Positions 27,649 to 29,060 of a DNA stretch of 29,060 nt are shown here, piece after piece. Numbering within the stretch: position 1 is the first letter of the stretch; the number at the start of each line of letters is the position of its first letter. The stretch lies in the NCBI GenBank assembly GCA_019358935.1, contig JAHHIK010000104.1:1-29060 (forward strand), in the 5' to 3' direction. Source of the DNA: Tolypothrix carrinoi HA7290-LM1 (GTDB lineage: Bacteria > Cyanobacteriota > Cyanobacteriia > Cyanobacteriales > Nostocaceae). The notes below the pieces were generated by a model. The model searched no databases. It was not told the DNA's origin and saw only the letters and a list, made by a program, of their open reading frames with translations. The translations under genes were made by a program, and so were the position numbers.

Positions 27649-27973
27649 GGTTTACGAATAGTATGCTTTGATAACGAGCAAAGCCTCTAGTCCAAGCAGG
27701 AACACCAACAAATTTACTTAAAAAACGCCAACTCCTACCACCTGTTAATATCCACCAAGTTGCCATTCCCCAAATAGTAATTAGTACCGTCCACAACCAT
27801 TTTTGAAAGTCGTCTGGAAAAATTCCCCCAAAAATTCCATTGATGATAAAATAAGCAGCTAGGGCAATAAGCGTCCAAGGAAGGACTTGATCGGCGGGGA
27901 TTGGTCCTAATGAAGGTTGGCTTCCTAAAATTTGATTGACTGGACGAAAGTCTTTTTCTTTGTCTTGAGTCAT
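27605..27973 (-). CDS. Small two-TM protein, VirB3-like
   Basis: 122 aa with two TMs; it overlaps the VirB4-like start by 44 bp. Confidence 0.65.
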   Translation of the reverse strand: MTQDKEKDFRPVNQILGSQPSLGPIPADQVLPWTLIALAAYFIINGIFGGIFPDDFQKWLWTVLITIWGMATWWILTGGRSWRFLSKFVGVPAWTRGFARYQSILFVNHEAKNRKTKRRRRR

Positions 27974-28009
27974 GGAATTTTTAGCTTTTCTTCATTTTAT
28001 CTAAATAAA

Positions 28010-28633
28010 TTATGGATTACTATTAGGAGCGCCAATTATAAAGCCTGTGAGAACATCAGCAATTGTCACGGCGACAACTACTAATAAGGGAGTTTTGGCG
28101 ATAGTTTGCCAATCTTCATCTTTGCGAACTGCGTTAATAACACCGACCAAAGAAACTGCTATGTAAAGTAGGTAAATTGCCCGCAACACGTTGAATATTA
28201 AACTAACTGCTTGGGTACCATTATTTACTGCTCCATCTCCTGTGGTGAGATTCTGTTTAAAAAAACCTTCGGCTCGACTAAAAAATTGGGCTTGTGCGGG
28301 AACTGCAAAATAGTCTAACCAAAATAAACTCAAGACGATCGCTACTGCTAAGATTTGTAACAATATGAGCGATCGCTTGGGTAGATGTACCTGGTGCCCA
28401 ATTTGCTGTATAATTATTGTAATTAAACTACCAACAAGTAAACAAAAAAGCAGGATAGGACTTTTCAGGCTGATAACGCTTAGAAATACTGCACAAGCAA
28501 TCAAAAATGGAACAGATTCAATCAGCCGAAAACGCCAGTATTCGAGTGTTACTGTCAATTTAGGAGATATTTTGCTCGCACTACTAGTCAAAGTTTTGAG
28601 AAAAACTCTCTCATGAATACTTTGTCTGGACAT
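28010..28633 (-). CDS. Pilin/VirB2 (TrbC)-like membrane protein with an N-terminal extension
   Basis: A PAQA|QFF processing-like site is followed by two hydrophobic helices separated by RKDEDW. It is the first gene of the cluster. Confidence 0.6.
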   Translation of the reverse strand: MSRQSIHERVFLKTLTSSASKISPKLTVTLEYWRFRLIESVPFLIACAVFLSVISLKSPILLFCLLVGSLITIIIQQIGHQVHLPKRSLILLQILAVAIVLSLFWLDYFAVPAQAQFFSRAEGFFKQNLTTGDGAVNNGTQAVSLIFNVLRAIYLLYIAVSLVGVINAVRKDEDWQTIAKTPLLVVVAVTIADVLTGFIIGAPNSNP

Positions 28634-28764
28634 GAATTTTACTGTTACTTATGACAAATATATTTCATACATTATAGAAGAAGTAGCATCAAAATTCGTC
28701 GTGCTAGGCATAACTGCCAGTATTATAGTTAACTTATCGCATCACTTGCCGCATAACTTCCCTA

Positions 28765-28789
28765 AACCTGAAAAAATCGCTTTCAGGTT
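28765..28789. promoter_or_regulatory. Perfect inverted repeat upstream of the T4SS-like cluster (candidate operator)
   Basis: AACCTGAAA-N7-TTTCAGGTT, with minus-strand TATAAT hexamers at 28722-28727 and 28671-28676. Confidence 0.4.
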
Positions 28790-28899
28790 ACGAAAATTAA
28801 TTAAAAGTTAAATTTTGATACATGAATCAAGGTTTTTGTCAAGTCTAATTTAGATGCGATCGCCAAAAATACCTTTAGTGGTTAGTGGGAATTTGAAGA

Positions 28900-28940
28900 G
28901 GGGAAAAGGGGAAAAGGGGAAAGGGGAAACGGAAAAGGGG
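28900..28940. repeat. STRR-like (GGGGAAA)n tract
   Basis: Seen directly. Confidence 0.8.
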
Positions 28941-28971
28941 TTAGTTGCTGTTCGCTAATATCTGGACAAGC

Positions 28972-29060
28972 CTACCCATCATTTCCCGTTTGTCCAGCTA
29001 TCAACCGTTCAACGTATTCTCTAAGCCGTTTTTGCCAGTTAGGAACGGCTTTCAATTTGT
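28972..29060 (-). CDS. 3' end of a small hypothetical protein (partial)
   Basis: Open frame KLKAVPNWQKRLREYVERLIAGQTGNDG*, an amphipathic helix resembling small cyanobacterial hypothetical proteins. Confidence 0.5.
   Translation of the reverse strand, partial: KLKAVPNWQKRLREYVERLIAGQTGNDG

Noticed and set aside
19639..28616. Plus-strand ORFs opposite the T4SS-like genes
   Set aside because: They are antisense shadows of long, coherent minus-strand genes, or repeat-derived in the case of 21766..21951.
28634..28860. NtcA box upstream of the T4SS-like cluster
   Set aside because: No exact GTA-N8-TAC was found by eye; only a one-mismatch GTA-N8-AAC at about 28720, which is too weak in AT-rich DNA.

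Overview
This window looks like chromosomal DNA from a filamentous, Nostocales-type cyanobacterium: about 25 HIP1 GCGATCGC sites counted by eye, heptamer STRR tracts, and REP/SDR/MITE-type repeats. The left edge has an IS5-like element cutting a Cache-type sensor gene. It is followed by chrA, a 57-aa ORF missed by the ORF track, a SAM methyltransferase, a frameshifted fatty-acid-hydroxylase-family gene, an Rrf2 regulator and a four-gene sugar ABC transporter. Next is a 2170-aa Ser/Thr kinase-AAA-GAF-PAS-GGDEF-EAL protein that carries in-frame repeat insertions; a 95-bp exact copy of its catalytic-loop DNA lies 6.45 kb downstream. The right 10 kb is a nine-gene minus-strand cluster resembling a cyanobacterial type IV secretion (mating-pair) system: pilin/VirB2-, VirB3-, VirB4-, VirB5-, VirB6-, two VirB8-, VirB10- and VirB9-like genes. 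No coupling protein, relaxase or integrase is visible, so it is a candidate domesticated, non-conjugative T4SS. All family calls come from motif recognition; no database searches were run.
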